Assembly: GCA_016789445.1 (NCBI GenBank)
Contig: JAEUQT010000002.1
Span: 138,321-202,320, forward strand
Origin: a bacterium
Lineage (GTDB): Bacteria > Patescibacteriota > Minisyncoccia > Phycocordibacterales > UBA2100
Length of the DNA stretch: 64,000 bases
Reading direction: 5' to 3'
Position 1 is the stretch's first letter. Every line of letters starts with the position of its first letter. Below, piece after piece: positions 47,363 to 56,975 of the stretch. The notes beneath the pieces were generated by a model. It was given only the letters and a program-made list of their open reading frames with translations, did no database searches and had not been told where the DNA came from. The position numbers were made by a program, and so were the translations under genes.

Positions 47363-47396
47363 TGGGGCGGTCTCTCAACGAGAGCCGCCCCTTTTC
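47363..47396 (+). terminator. Rho-independent terminator
   Basis: GGGGCGGTCTC-TCAACGA-GAGCCGCCCC followed by TTTTCT. Confidence 0.6.
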
Positions 47397-47402
47397 TATG
47401 CT

Positions 47403-47431
47403 CTTGACTTTTTGACAAAGGGAGGTTATAA
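47403..47431 (+). promoter_or_regulatory. sigma70-like promoter TTGACT-17-TATAAT
   Basis: Near-consensus hexamers with 17-nt spacing. It drives the 47498 gene with a ~60-nt leader. Confidence 0.55.
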
Positions 47432-47497
47432 TGTTCCAAGCAATTAGATCTCCTTATTAACCGGCATTTATTGGCTTACTAAAAGAAAAAATAACTT

Positions 47498-48805
47498 ATG
47501 AACTCGACTTCAACGCGTTCGCAGATCGTTCTCGGTCTTCTCGTTGGTTTCGTTGTGTTCGCAGGTCCGTCTGCGGTCCAGGCTGCCGATCTTGGTGGCT
47601 GGGGCTGGAGCGATTACGGTTCCTACGACAGTTGGTCTGATTACGGCTCGTACGATACGTGGAGCGACTATGGTTCGTATGATACCTGGTCTGATTACGG
47701 TTCTTACGACACGTGGTCTGACTACGGTTCGTATGGCTCCGGCACGTACTACGACGACGGGTATTACTACGACGATGTAGCTGGTACGTACTATGACGAT
47801 GTCTATGGTACTTACTACGACGATTCGTACGGCACCTATTACGATGATTCGTACGGTTCATACTACGATGACTCGTATTACTACGGTGGTGGTTCCTACG
47901 ACTACGGTTGTGGTTCCTCGTGCGGCGGCTCGTGGTACACGCCTTCGTACTCGACTGGTTGCGGTTCGTGGTGCGGCACCGGCGGCGGACAGTATGTCAC
48001 CCCCCGCTTCACGGCTCCGAGCTCTTCGTACACGAACATCGTGACGAACAATGTCGACAACTCGCAGGACAACGACAACTACAACTACATCACGAACATC
48101 GACAACTCGATCCGTGACAGCTTCAACAACTACAATAGCGGCAACACCTCTATCGTAGTCACTGCTCCTCAGACGCCGGTTCACACGACTCCTGCTCCGT
48201 ACTGCACGATCACGCATGCACAGTACGGTGGCTATGGTTCGGGTGCGTATCTCTCGTGGACTTCCACGAACGCATCGAGCGCATACCTCTCGAACGTCGG
48301 TTCTGTCGCAGTCTCGGGTTCCCAGACCGTCTACGCGCATGGCTCGCAGACGTACACGCTCACGGTCTACGGTTACAACGGTCAGACGGCAACGTGCGCA
48401 ACCTCGGTCTACGGCCAGGTCTACGTTCCTCCGACCTATAACCCTCCGTACGTGTCCCTTACGCAGATCCCGTACACTGGTTTCGACTTCGGTCCTATCG
48501 GTAACGCGATGTACTGGGTCTCGCTTCTTGGATTCGCAGCAGCAGGTGCCTACCTCATGATCTACTATCGTGGTGGTGCGCTTGCCTTCGCAACCGCAAT
48601 GGTTCCGGCACGTAAGTTCGCTCCGGTCGTTGCTCCGAAGGCTCCGATCCTCGTTGAGCGTGAAGCACTTGCGCTCTCGCACGATGAAGTGAAGGTCCAG
48701 CCGATCGTTGCATCTCTTCGCAAGGCAGCCGGTACTCTCGATACGATGGCAATCGTTTCCTCGAAAGATGGTTCGATGCCGCGCATCGTGATCCAGCGTG
48801 CTTAA
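47498..48805 (+). CDS. secreted Tyr/Asp-rich tandem-repeat surface protein with C-terminal IPYTG + TM segment
   Basis: Signal peptide. Five 27-nt SDYGSYDTW repeats and YYDDSYG(T/S) repeats (47611-47900). Beta-rich domain shared with the 49032 product. LTQIPYTGFD, then a hydrophobic helix, then YYRGG, then an ~80-aa tail. Confidence 0.65.
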   Translation: MNSTSTRSQIVLGLLVGFVVFAGPSAVQAADLGGWGWSDYGSYDSWSDYGSYDTWSDYGSYDTWSDYGSYDTWSDYGSYGSGTYYDDGYYYDDVAGTYYDDVYGTYYDDSYGTYYDDSYGSYYDDSYYYGGGSYDYGCGSSCGGSWYTPSYSTGCGSWCGTGGGQYVTPRFTAPSSSYTNIVTNNVDNSQDNDNYNYITNIDNSIRDSFNNYNSGNTSIVVTAPQTPVHTTPAPYCTITHAQYGGYGSGAYLSWTSTNASSAYLSNVGSVAVSGSQTVYAHGSQTYTLTVYGYNGQTATCATSVYGQVYVPPTYNPPYVSLTQIPYTGFDFGPIGNAMYWVSLLGFAAAGAYLMIYYRGGALAFATAMVPARKFAPVVAPKAPILVEREALALSHDEVKVQPIVASLRKAAGTLDTMAIVSSKDGSMPRIVIQRA

Positions 48806-48893
48806 ACGGGGGTGGGCCCCGTTTAAGAGCCGGACTGAGCGAAGGCGAAGGAGGCGGGGTCGCGCAATTTGCCAGCAGGCAAATATGGGTGAC
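48806..48893 (+). repeat. conserved intergenic structured element, family 1, copy C
   Basis: GGGGGTGGGCCCCG...GGAGGCGGGGTCGCGCAA, then a hairpin at 48863-48889 (TTTGCC/GGCAAA, AGCAG loop), then TGAC. More diverged than copies A and B. Confidence 0.6.
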
Positions 48894-49031
48894 TAAGGAG
48901 AGTGCTAAGGAAGGACGGGCAAAGCTCCAAAAGTGAACCGCATGGCCCGTCGCGAATAGCGATGGGCCATGCTGGTAGAGGGGAGGGAAATGTACTATAA
49001 AGCTGATACGTTAACCGATTACTAAATCTAT

Positions 49032-49907
49032 ATGCAGAACGCAAAAAATTCTGTTTCCAAGCTCTTTGTGGGTCTCGCGCTTTTCAGTGTCGTTCTCTCC
49101 GGCGTGCCGGCAGTCGCCGCTGCAAGCCACTCGAACTACGATGAGGAGGCTTCGTGCTGGATCTCGGCATCTCCGAGCTCGGTCTACGAAGGCGGTTCGA
49201 CAACCCTCACGTGGGGATCGCGCAACGCGGATGACGCGTGGATCGATGATATCGGCGATGTAGGAACCCACGGTTCCCGCATTATTTACGGTATCGATGA
49301 GGACACGACGTTCAAGCTTACTGTGGAGAATGACGAGGGCACCGCGACCTGTGAGACGGATGTCGAGGTCCGTTCCTACAACCACCACTCCGGTTCGACG
49401 AAGGCTCCGGGCTGCACCATCTATCGTCAGGAGACGAATGGTTCTGCAGTCGTCCTCCGCTGGAATTCGACGGACGCATCGTCTGCGTACCTCTCGGGCG
49501 TTGGCTCGGTATCGACCTTCGGTCAGTACACGGTCTACCCGACGTATGACACGACCTACACGCTCACGGTCTACGGCAACGGAAAGTCCGAGAGCTGTGA
49601 GATCGAAATCGACCGCGGCTACAGCACGTACTATCCGCAGAACTACAATCACTACAACAACTACGGCAACCAGTACGGTTATAACTACAACTATCCGTAC
49701 ATCTCACTGACCCAGATCCCGTACACGGGTTTTGATCTCGGTGTCGTCGGCACTGCGGTGTACTTCCTCGCGCTCGCACTCTTCGCGATCGCAGGTGCGT
49801 ATCTTCTCGCGTACTACCAGGGTGGCGTCCTTCGCTTCTCGTTCGCACAGGAAGTGAAGCTTGCTGCTCGCAATCAGGTTCGCGCAATCCGTAACTTCTT
49901 CAATTAA
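49032..49907 (+). CDS. secreted surface protein, paralogue of 47498 product, C-terminal IPYTG + TM
   Basis: Signal peptide. The shared domain is ...ASSAYLSGVGSV...YTLTVYG.... The C-terminus is ISLTQIPYTGFDLG, then a hydrophobic helix, then YYQGG, then a basic tail. Confidence 0.65.
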   Translation: MQNAKNSVSKLFVGLALFSVVLSGVPAVAAASHSNYDEEASCWISASPSSVYEGGSTTLTWGSRNADDAWIDDIGDVGTHGSRIIYGIDEDTTFKLTVENDEGTATCETDVEVRSYNHHSGSTKAPGCTIYRQETNGSAVVLRWNSTDASSAYLSGVGSVSTFGQYTVYPTYDTTYTLTVYGNGKSESCEIEIDRGYSTYYPQNYNHYNNYGNQYGYNYNYPYISLTQIPYTGFDLGVVGTAVYFLALALFAIAGAYLLAYYQGGVLRFSFAQEVKLAARNQVRAIRNFFN

Positions 49908-49954
49908 CGAAAGGGAAGTTCAAACAAAACGACCTCGTACGAGGTCGTTTTGTT

Positions 49955-51724
49955 TTAGGCGCGGTCTTTGATTTCTTCGAGAAGGGAGGATTTGAATTCC
50001 TCAAACGGCTGTGCACCGATCTTTCCTTTATCGCGGCTCTCCACGGCGACGGTTCCCGCGTCGACTTCCGCATCGCCCATGACGAGTACGTAGGGGACTT
50101 TCTCGGTCTTCGCGTTGCGGATCTTCTTGCCGAGCGATTCGTTCGCCGCGTCGACTTCGACGCGCACGCCTGCCTCGCGCAATTCAGCAGAGATCTTCTC
50201 CGCGTATTCGACATGCTTCTCAGAGATAGGAAGGACTTTCACCTGAACGGGTGAAAGCCAGGTAGGGAAGGCGCCGCCGAAATGCTCGATCATCACGCCC
50301 ATAAAGCGTTCAAGCGATCCAGAGATCGCTCGATGGATAACAACAGGACGCTCTTTTTCACCTTTATCATTGATGAATGAGAGATCAAATCTCTCCGGGA
50401 GGTTGAAGTCGCATTGTATGGTTGCCAACTGCCACTCACGACCGATTGCATCTTTAAACATAAAATCCAATTTCGGACCATAGAAGGCAGCCTCTCCCTC
50501 CACACGAGTGTAGGGAAGATTATTCTTTTTTGCTGCATTCTCTAATGCTTCCTCGGCTCTGTTCCAGATATCATCGCTGCCGAGATATTGGCCTTCTGGG
50601 CCCCGAACGGAGAAGCGCACCCAATATCCTTCAATCATGCGCATGGTGGAGTAGAAATCGCGGATGATACCGACGATCGTGGAGACCTCTTCGTCTATCT
50701 GCGATATGCGGCAAAAAAGATGACCGTCATCTTGAGTGATCGCGCGTACGCGAGTCAGGCCCGCCAATTGACCAGTCTTCTCATCGCGATATACGGTCGC
50801 TGGTTCAAAGTAACGCACAGGCATATCGCGGTAGGAGAACTGATTATCAGCAAAAATCTGCATGTGATGCGGGCAGTTCATGGGCTTCAGGAAGAATTTC
50901 TCATCCTTACCGTTTACTCTAAACAACTCATCTCCGAATTTCGCCGCATGTCCTGAAGTCACATACAGATCTTCTTTTGCGAGATGGGGTGTCCAGACAC
51001 GTGAATAGCCCTTCTTTGCGTGAAGCTCCCACAGATATTCCTCCAGTTCGCGACGGATAATGGCACCGTTTGGCATGAGGAGGGGGAGACCGGAGCCGAC
51101 AAGGGGAGAAAGCGTGAAAATCTTGAGGGCGGGACCGAGTTTCTTGTGGTCGCGTTTCTCAGCCTCGGCTTGCTGAGCGAGATATGCATCAAGCTCTTCC
51201 TTGGTGTCGAAAGCTAGACCGTAGATGCGGGTGAGCATCGGATTATTCTCGCTGCCGCGCCAATAGGCGCCTGCAATCCTTTCAAGCTTGAAGGAATCAG
51301 CGTCGATATCTTCTGCAGGATTATCGGCGTGTCCGCCGCGACACAAATCAGTGAATCCGCCGCAGGAATACAACGTTATCGGTTCGCCGCGGGCTTTGAT
51401 CTCCTTTATCAGTTCCGCTTTGTACGGATTGGTACCGTTCGGTCCCGAGAAATGACCGTACGCTTCGTCAGCCGCGACTGTTTTGTGCGAGAAGGAGGTC
51501 CACTTCTTCAGATTCTCCTTCATTCGGTCCTCGATTTCCTGCAGGTCCTGGCTCGACGGCTTCCGGTCTCCACCGAAATCGATGTCGTAATAGAACCCAT
51601 TATCGATCGCAGGTCCTATCGCCAAAAGCGGCTGCGCACCGTCTTTGCCATATATTTCAAGCACTGCCTGTGCGAGAAGGTGAGCAAGGGTATGCCGAAT
51701 ATGTTCAATGTTCTTGAGCGACAT
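49955..51724 (-). CDS. thrS: threonine--tRNA ligase (lacks N-terminal TGS domain)
   Basis: The second N-terminal domain begins at IRHTLAHLLAQAV..GPAIDNGFYYD. Class II core (FRVNGKDEKFFLKPMNCPHH). C-terminal anticodon-binding domain. The track ORF extends to 52144, but that extension has no similarity and overlaps a + strand ORF with an SD, so ATG 51724 is the preferred start. Confidence 0.75.
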   Translation of the reverse strand: MSLKNIEHIRHTLAHLLAQAVLEIYGKDGAQPLLAIGPAIDNGFYYDIDFGGDRKPSSQDLQEIEDRMKENLKKWTSFSHKTVAADEAYGHFSGPNGTNPYKAELIKEIKARGEPITLYSCGGFTDLCRGGHADNPAEDIDADSFKLERIAGAYWRGSENNPMLTRIYGLAFDTKEELDAYLAQQAEAEKRDHKKLGPALKIFTLSPLVGSGLPLLMPNGAIIRRELEEYLWELHAKKGYSRVWTPHLAKEDLYVTSGHAAKFGDELFRVNGKDEKFFLKPMNCPHHMQIFADNQFSYRDMPVRYFEPATVYRDEKTGQLAGLTRVRAITQDDGHLFCRISQIDEEVSTIVGIIRDFYSTMRMIEGYWVRFSVRGPEGQYLGSDDIWNRAEEALENAAKKNNLPYTRVEGEAAFYGPKLDFMFKDAIGREWQLATIQCDFNLPERFDLSFINDKGEKERPVVIHRAISGSLERFMGVMIEHFGGAFPTWLSPVQVKVLPISEKHVEYAEKISAELREAGVRVEVDAANESLGKKIRNAKTEKVPYVLVMGDAEVDAGTVAVESRDKGKIGAQPFEEFKSSLLEEIKDRA

Positions 51725-51853
51725 TTCACGAATAGTACAGTTATGTTGGCTTTGAGCAAAGCTACAACAGGGAATTGACAAATAAACATATTTGTCACAG
51801 AGTAATTTTAGGAGGCGAATTCCTCGCTTCTGGAAGGTAAAGGAAGAAAGTGC

Positions 51854-52285
51854 ATGAGTTCTTTTCAACAGGTCCGCGGAGCGGATTTTAAGCCGGTCGT
51901 GAACGATGCTGCGCTGCAGTATCACAACGACAGCGTCGTTGCTCGCCTCGTTGAGCATGACGGCCTCACTCCTGATGAGGCAAGGGTTCTTTTTAAGGAC
52001 ACCTTGAAATTTCTGGCACTCACCGATAGTGGCGTGAAGTTGGCCCCGCCGGCAAAGATCGATCTCGGGTGGCACAACTTCATCCTCCACACCCGCGACT
52101 ATGCTGATTTCTGTCAGCAATGTTTCGGCCACTTCATCCATCATGAGCCCGGCAGCGGACTCACGTATACCGGCCCCAAGCTGGACGTTGAAGGCACTGT
52201 CGCTTTCGCAAAGAAGGCATACGGTGAGCTATCGTCCAACTGGGACAACACGCGCGGCTTGACCTGCGGCTCGAACGGCTGCTAA
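51854..52285 (+). CDS. hypothetical protein
   Basis: 143-aa ORF. SD AAAGGAAG 8 nt upstream. Terminator-like hairpin downstream. No motif. Confidence 0.45.
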   Translation: MSSFQQVRGADFKPVVNDAALQYHNDSVVARLVEHDGLTPDEARVLFKDTLKFLALTDSGVKLAPPAKIDLGWHNFILHTRDYADFCQQCFGHFIHHEPGSGLTYTGPKLDVEGTVAFAKKAYGELSSNWDNTRGLTCGSNGC

Positions 52286-52304
52286 ACGCCCGTTGAGTAC
52301 TTAT

Positions 52305-52336
52305 AAACAGCCATCGCTCTGCGGTGGCTGTTTTCT
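52305..52336. terminator. bidirectional hairpin terminator between convergent genes
   Basis: AAACAGCCATCGC-TCTG-CGGTGGCTGTTTT. Flanked by A- and T-runs on both strands. Confidence 0.5.
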
Positions 52337-55300
52337 ATAGCGCCTTCGCTTTCTCGACGACGAAACTCGCTTCGCCGTTGCGGTCGGAGAATTTTCCTTT
52401 GACCGCGATGCACTTTCCAGGGACGAACACGGTGGGGTATTCGGCGAGCGTTTTCGGGAAGACGACGATCTCAGTAGAGCCGACATAGTCCGATAATTTG
52501 CCGAAGAGCATCTTCTCGCCCTTTTTGGTGAGGATCTGATTGGTGGTCTCCAGGAATCCGCCGACGACAGCTTCGAGACCGCGCGGATAGGATTCTTTGA
52601 ATTGCTTGATATTCATCTTCTGCTTCTCAAGGACCGCGCGATGCTTATCCAAGGGATGCCCGGAGACATAAAATCCGAGCAGTTCTTTCTCCCAGCCGAG
52701 CTTTTCATCTTGCGTCGCCGGGCGTTCGGTAGGGAGCTTAAGCTCGGCTTGCCGAGATACGTCTGCGGCTCCAAAAAGGGAAGTGAGGCCCTGCGGTGCG
52801 CTTTGGAGCTCTTTGCGGTACTCCAAGAGCTTCTCTATGTGGGTCAGCAAGGTGTAGCGCTCGCCAAGGTCGTCCAACGAACCTGACATGATCAATGCTT
52901 CAAGAGATTTCTTATTGAGATTCTTGTCCCCTACGCGCGACAAGAAGTCCGCGATCGAGAAAAACTTCCCTCCTCGTTCCCGTTCCGCGATAATCGCATC
53001 CGCGATGCCTTCGCCGAAGTTCTTGACGCTATAGAGGCCGAAGCGGATGGTTGCCTCGTCGATCACCGTGAATGTCCCACGGCTCTCGTTGACCGAGGGT
53101 GGCAGGATCTGGATGTTCATGCGCTTACACTCGTTCACGACTTCCGCGATCTTCTCGACGTCTCCCGCATCCGACGTAAGCACCGCCGCCATGTAGTCCA
53201 CCGGATAGTTCGCTTTCATGTACGCGGTCTTGTACGCAAGGTTGCCGTACGATGCCGCGTGCGCTTTGTTGAAGCCGTACGCCGCGAAGGTCTCGATCTG
53301 CTCCCAGAGCTTCTGGACCACCTCCGGCTTCATGCCGCGCTCCAAGCAGCCCTTCTGGAACTTGTCCTTCTGGGCGGCCATTTCTTCGGGAATCTTCTTC
53401 CCCATCGCTTTTCGGAATTTGTCGGCCTCGAGCCAGCTGTAGCCGGCGAGCTGGATCGCGATCTGGAGGACGTCGTCCTGGTACGTGATGACGCCGTACG
53501 AGTTCTCAAGGATCGGCTTCATGCGCGGGTCGAGATACACGACCTTGCGTGGATCGCGCTTGCGCTCGATGTACTGCGGGATGAAGTTCATCGGGCCCGG
53601 ACGATACAGGGCCACCATAGCGTTGATGTCGTGGATCACGCTCGGCTTCAGTTCGACGAGGTACTGCGTCATGCCGGTACCTGAGAGCTGGAAGACGCCG
53701 AGCGTCTCTCCGCGCGAGAGCATCTCATACGTCTTCGTGTCGTCGAGCGGGACGCGATCGAAATCGATATCGACGCCCAGACGTGTCTTCACGCGATCAT
53801 GCGCGTCGGCCAGAGTCGAAAGGTTGGTGAGTCCGAGGAAGTCGAACTTGAGAAGGCCTGCGTCTTCGACGGCGTGCATATCGTACTGCGTGATGATCTT
53901 GCCGCCCTTAGGATCGAGTTGGACGGGGCAGAAATCAGTCACCAGCGTCGGCGCGATGACGACGCCTGCGGCGTGGACACCGACGTGGCGCGCGTTCCCT
54001 TCCACTTTCATTGCCATGTCGAGGATCTCGCGGGCGTCCGGGTCTTTCTTGTAGGCTTCTTTCAATTCCGGCACCTCGTCGAGTGATCCTTGGATAGTGA
54101 CCGTGAATCCTTGTTTACCGAAGGGGATCATCTTCGCGATACGATCGCCGGTGCCGTATGAGTGGCCGAGTGCGCGGGAGACGTCGCGTACCGCGGCGCG
54201 TGCGAGCATGGTCCCGAAGGTACCGATCTGCGCAACATGGTCGTCCCCATACTTTGAGCGGGCATACGCGATCATCTCATCGCGTCGGTTATCGGCGTAG
54301 TCCATATCGATATCCGGCGCTGAAGGGCGCTCCGGATTCAAAAAGCGTTCGAAGGGAAGTCCGTACTCGATCGGATTCACGTTCGTAATTCCTGAAAGGA
54401 AGGTCACCAAGGAGCCAGCGACCGAGCCGCGGATGTTCGTGAGGATGCCGTTCTCACGGGCGTGGCGAAGGAGATCGGAGACCACGAGGAAGTACGGCGA
54501 GTAGCCTTTCTTCGCGATGACGGAGAGCTCGTAGTCCGTTCTCTCGCGCAGCTCCGGAGTCTCTTCAAGGTCTCGCATCTTGAAGCCTTTGTAGGCGAGC
54601 TCCCGCAAGGCCTCGTCGTAGCCCTTTTCGACTTTGATGTCAGGGAAGACCCACTTCCCTAGTTCCAATTCGATAGTGCAGCTATCCACGATCTTCCCGA
54701 TGTTCTCAAGTGCCTCGGGGAAATCCGCGAAATACTTCCCTGCCTGTTCCTTGGAAATGAATGAGAAGTCCGACGAATTAACACCGAACTCACGGTCCAA
54801 CGTGCCGCCGGTGCGGATTTTGTTGACCATCTCACGGGCGAGGGAATCCTCCTTCTTCAAATAGTAGGTGTCGTGCGCGGCGACGAGCGGTAAGGAATGT
54901 TTCTTCGCAAGGGAGATTATTCTCTCCTGATTCTCCATGTGTCCCTCGATCTCCGGATGGTGGGTGATCTCGATGTAGAGGTTCTCGCCGTACGTCTTCT
55001 GGTACCACTGCATCGCCTCATCGGCTTTGTCGGTCATGTCATCTTTCAGGTGTTTTGCATGCTCTCCGCTGAACGAAGGAAGGATCGCGATGATGCCTTC
55101 CTTGTGTGCTTCGAGAAGCTCGCGATCCACGCGCGGGCGGTAATAGAACCCCTCGAGGAAGGATTTCGAGACGAGGACGATGAGGTTGCGATAGCCATGG
55201 ATATCCTTCGCGAGAAGCACTAAGCGGAAGTGGCGGTCATCGACGCGATGTTCCTTATCGTGGCGTGTGCGAGGGGCTACGAAGAAGTCGACACCGATGA

Positions 55301-55496
55301 TGGGCTTGATGCCGGCTTTGTGTGCCGCCTTATAGAACTCGATCGCGGCATACATGTTGCCGTTGTCGGTAATGGCGAGCGCTTCCTGACCATCGGCCTT
55401 CGCGGCATCGATGAGATCATCTATCTTCGGGAGGGCTTCGAGGAGGGAATAGTGGGAGTGGGTATGCAAATGACAAAAACGCTGCGCACTACTCAT
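52335..55496 (-). CDS. dnaE: DNA polymerase III alpha subunit
   Basis: PHP domain (HLHTHSHYSLLEAL). Pol III alpha palm, finger and OB domains across ~1050 aa. The track ORF extends 26 codons into repeat copy E, so ATG 55496 is preferred. It has TATAAT 6 nt upstream on the minus strand. Confidence 0.85.
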   Translation of the reverse strand: MSSAQRFCHLHTHSHYSLLEALPKIDDLIDAAKADGQEALAITDNGNMYAAIEFYKAAHKAGIKPIIGVDFFVAPRTRHDKEHRVDDRHFRLVLLAKDIHGYRNLIVLVSKSFLEGFYYRPRVDRELLEAHKEGIIAILPSFSGEHAKHLKDDMTDKADEAMQWYQKTYGENLYIEITHHPEIEGHMENQERIISLAKKHSLPLVAAHDTYYLKKEDSLAREMVNKIRTGGTLDREFGVNSSDFSFISKEQAGKYFADFPEALENIGKIVDSCTIELELGKWVFPDIKVEKGYDEALRELAYKGFKMRDLEETPELRERTDYELSVIAKKGYSPYFLVVSDLLRHARENGILTNIRGSVAGSLVTFLSGITNVNPIEYGLPFERFLNPERPSAPDIDMDYADNRRDEMIAYARSKYGDDHVAQIGTFGTMLARAAVRDVSRALGHSYGTGDRIAKMIPFGKQGFTVTIQGSLDEVPELKEAYKKDPDAREILDMAMKVEGNARHVGVHAAGVVIAPTLVTDFCPVQLDPKGGKIITQYDMHAVEDAGLLKFDFLGLTNLSTLADAHDRVKTRLGVDIDFDRVPLDDTKTYEMLSRGETLGVFQLSGTGMTQYLVELKPSVIHDINAMVALYRPGPMNFIPQYIERKRDPRKVVYLDPRMKPILENSYGVITYQDDVLQIAIQLAGYSWLEADKFRKAMGKKIPEEMAAQKDKFQKGCLERGMKPEVVQKLWEQIETFAAYGFNKAHAASYGNLAYKTAYMKANYPVDYMAAVLTSDAGDVEKIAEVVNECKRMNIQILPPSVNESRGTFTVIDEATIRFGLYSVKNFGEGIADAIIAERERGGKFFSIADFLSRVGDKNLNKKSLEALIMSGSLDDLGERYTLLTHIEKLLEYRKELQSAPQGLTSLFGAADVSRQAELKLPTERPATQDEKLGWEKELLGFYVSGHPLDKHRAVLEKQKMNIKQFKESYPRGLEAVVGGFLETTNQILTKKGEKMLFGKLSDYVGSTEIVVFPKTLAEYPTVFVPGKCIAVKGKFSDRNGEASFVVEKAKAL

Positions 55497-55508
55497 CCCG
55501 ACATTATA

Positions 55509-55623
55509 CCGGAGCGGTGCCGCACATGCTCTCTCCGGGTAAACCCGTTTTTCCTGCTGGAAAAACGGGCTCATCCTCGCCAGCTGCGGGGCCCCTCCGT
55601 GAGCATGTGCGGCACCGCTCCGG
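55509..55623 (+). repeat. conserved intergenic structured element, family 2, copy E
   Basis: A perfect 23-bp stem (CCGGAGCGGTGCCGCACATGCTC / GAGCATGTGCGGCACCGCTCCGG) clamps a 69-nt core nearly identical to the copy D core. It fills the dnaE/rnhB divergent intergenic region. Confidence 0.75.
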
Positions 55624-55675
55624 CTGCGCTGTGGATTTCATGCTTTATTCCTCATTTGCTGGGTAAGATGAAAGG

Positions 55676-56278
55676 GTGCAATGGCTGATTGGAGTAGACG
55701 AGGCTGGGCGAGGTGCGCTCGCCGGACCCGTCTGTGTCGGAGCCGTCCTCTATCCCTCGGATTTCGATTGGCGCGAAATTTTTACGCTCATCACCAAGCG
55801 CGGCGAGCCGAAGCTGCGGGATTCCAAGCAGCTTTCCGCGCAGCAACGCGAGATCCTCTATGCGGCTATTACTGCACACGGTCGACTGAGGCATGCGAGC
55901 GCACTCGTGGAAGCCGAAGTCATCGATTCGATCGGTATCTCCAATGCAGCGAGAGAAGCTGCTGCGATAGCGGTGCAGCGTCTCGGTATCGGTCCCTCGC
56001 GCGTGAAGGTACTGCTCGATGCAGGCCTTTCGGTCTCCTCCGAATGGGATCAGGAATCCTTCGTACGCGGCGACGAGACGATCCCTGCCATCTCTTTCGC
56101 CTCGATGATCGCCAAGGTCACCCGCGACACCCACATGGAAGAGCTTGCGGGTACGCATGATCGGTACGGATTCGCCCAGCACAAGGGCTACGGGACGGCA
56201 GCGCACACCTTGGCCATCCGCCAACACGGGCTTGTGCCCCTCATCCACCGCAAGACCTTCTTGACAGCCTACGCTTGA
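55676..56278 (+). CDS. rnhB: ribonuclease HII
   Basis: IGVDEAGRGALAGPV active-site motif. ~200 aa. GTG start. Confidence 0.85.
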   Translation: MQWLIGVDEAGRGALAGPVCVGAVLYPSDFDWREIFTLITKRGEPKLRDSKQLSAQQREILYAAITAHGRLRHASALVEAEVIDSIGISNAAREAAAIAVQRLGIGPSRVKVLLDAGLSVSSEWDQESFVRGDETIPAISFASMIAKVTRDTHMEELAGTHDRYGFAQHKGYGTAAHTLAIRQHGLVPLIHRKTFLTAYA

Positions 56279-56348
56279 TTGTCGGCTGATACGGGTGTAG
56301 GGTGTTCCAAGCGCCTTATGTTGAGGCGGAAGAGCGAAAGAGGGGATA

Positions 56349-56630
56349 ATGAGTAATCGTCTAACTGCAGCCGCAGAAGATCGGGCCTATTTCGAACGGC
56401 ATCTTTCCCCGGAGTACAAGACTGCGGAGAATGTGCAGAAGTGCATGTGCGTCGGATGCGATCATTTCGATCAGCATAAATTCGGCGCTCGACGCTGTTC
56501 GCGAAGGGCAGAATGCGAGCGGCTGCGGTCTCAAGGTAAAGACGGCTGCTATAAGCGACGTCAGAGAGGCCACACGCTGGTCCTCAAATCTGACATAATT
56601 CCTCACGTTCAAAGCGGTGTAGTCCTCTAA
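56349..56630 (+). CDS. hypothetical small Cys-rich protein
   Basis: SD AAGAGGGG upstream. CMCVGCDHFDQH...C..C cluster. No family assigned. Confidence 0.35.
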   Translation: MSNRLTAAAEDRAYFERHLSPEYKTAENVQKCMCVGCDHFDQHKFGARRCSRRAECERLRSQGKDGCYKRRQRGHTLVLKSDIIPHVQSGVVL

Positions 56631-56708
56631 CTGCACCTTCCAGAGCGACCGGACCCCCGGTCGCTCCTTTCTTTGCTTTTTTCCGGGAAATACGTATACT
56701 AGCCGCCT

Positions 56709-56975
56709 ATGGTAGTTCGAATGCGGAGGAACCGCTCACAGACAGCAAAGCGCCGGAGCCATCATGCTCTGAAGGCGGTCCGTGCCACCCGCTGCGAATG
56801 CGGGGCACTCCGCCTGCCGCACACCGCCTGCGCGTCCTGCGGTAAGTACAACGGCAAGGTCGTTATCGACGTCGTCGGCCGTGCTGCCCGCACCGCCCGC
56901 CGCGACAAGCGCCGCGAGAAGGAGCTCATGGCGAGCGGCCAGAAGGTTGATACAAAAGAAGAAGCAGCGAAGTAA
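56709..56975 (+). CDS. rpmF: 50S ribosomal protein L32 (with C-terminal basic extension)
   Basis: RRSHHAL. Zn-ribbon CxxG..CxxCG. KYNGKVVIDV matches the L32 signature. Confidence 0.7.
   Translation: MVVRMRRNRSQTAKRRSHHALKAVRATRCECGALRLPHTACASCGKYNGKVVIDVVGRAARTARRDKRREKELMASGQKVDTKEEAAK

Noticed and set aside
48806-48830. Similarity of family 1 copy C start (GGGCCCCGTTTAAGAG) to the GIY-YIG element TIR (CCCCGTTAGAGAG)
   Set aside because: Only ~10 nt resemble, with an indel, and there is no inverted partner. It is probably coincidence in GC-rich sequence.
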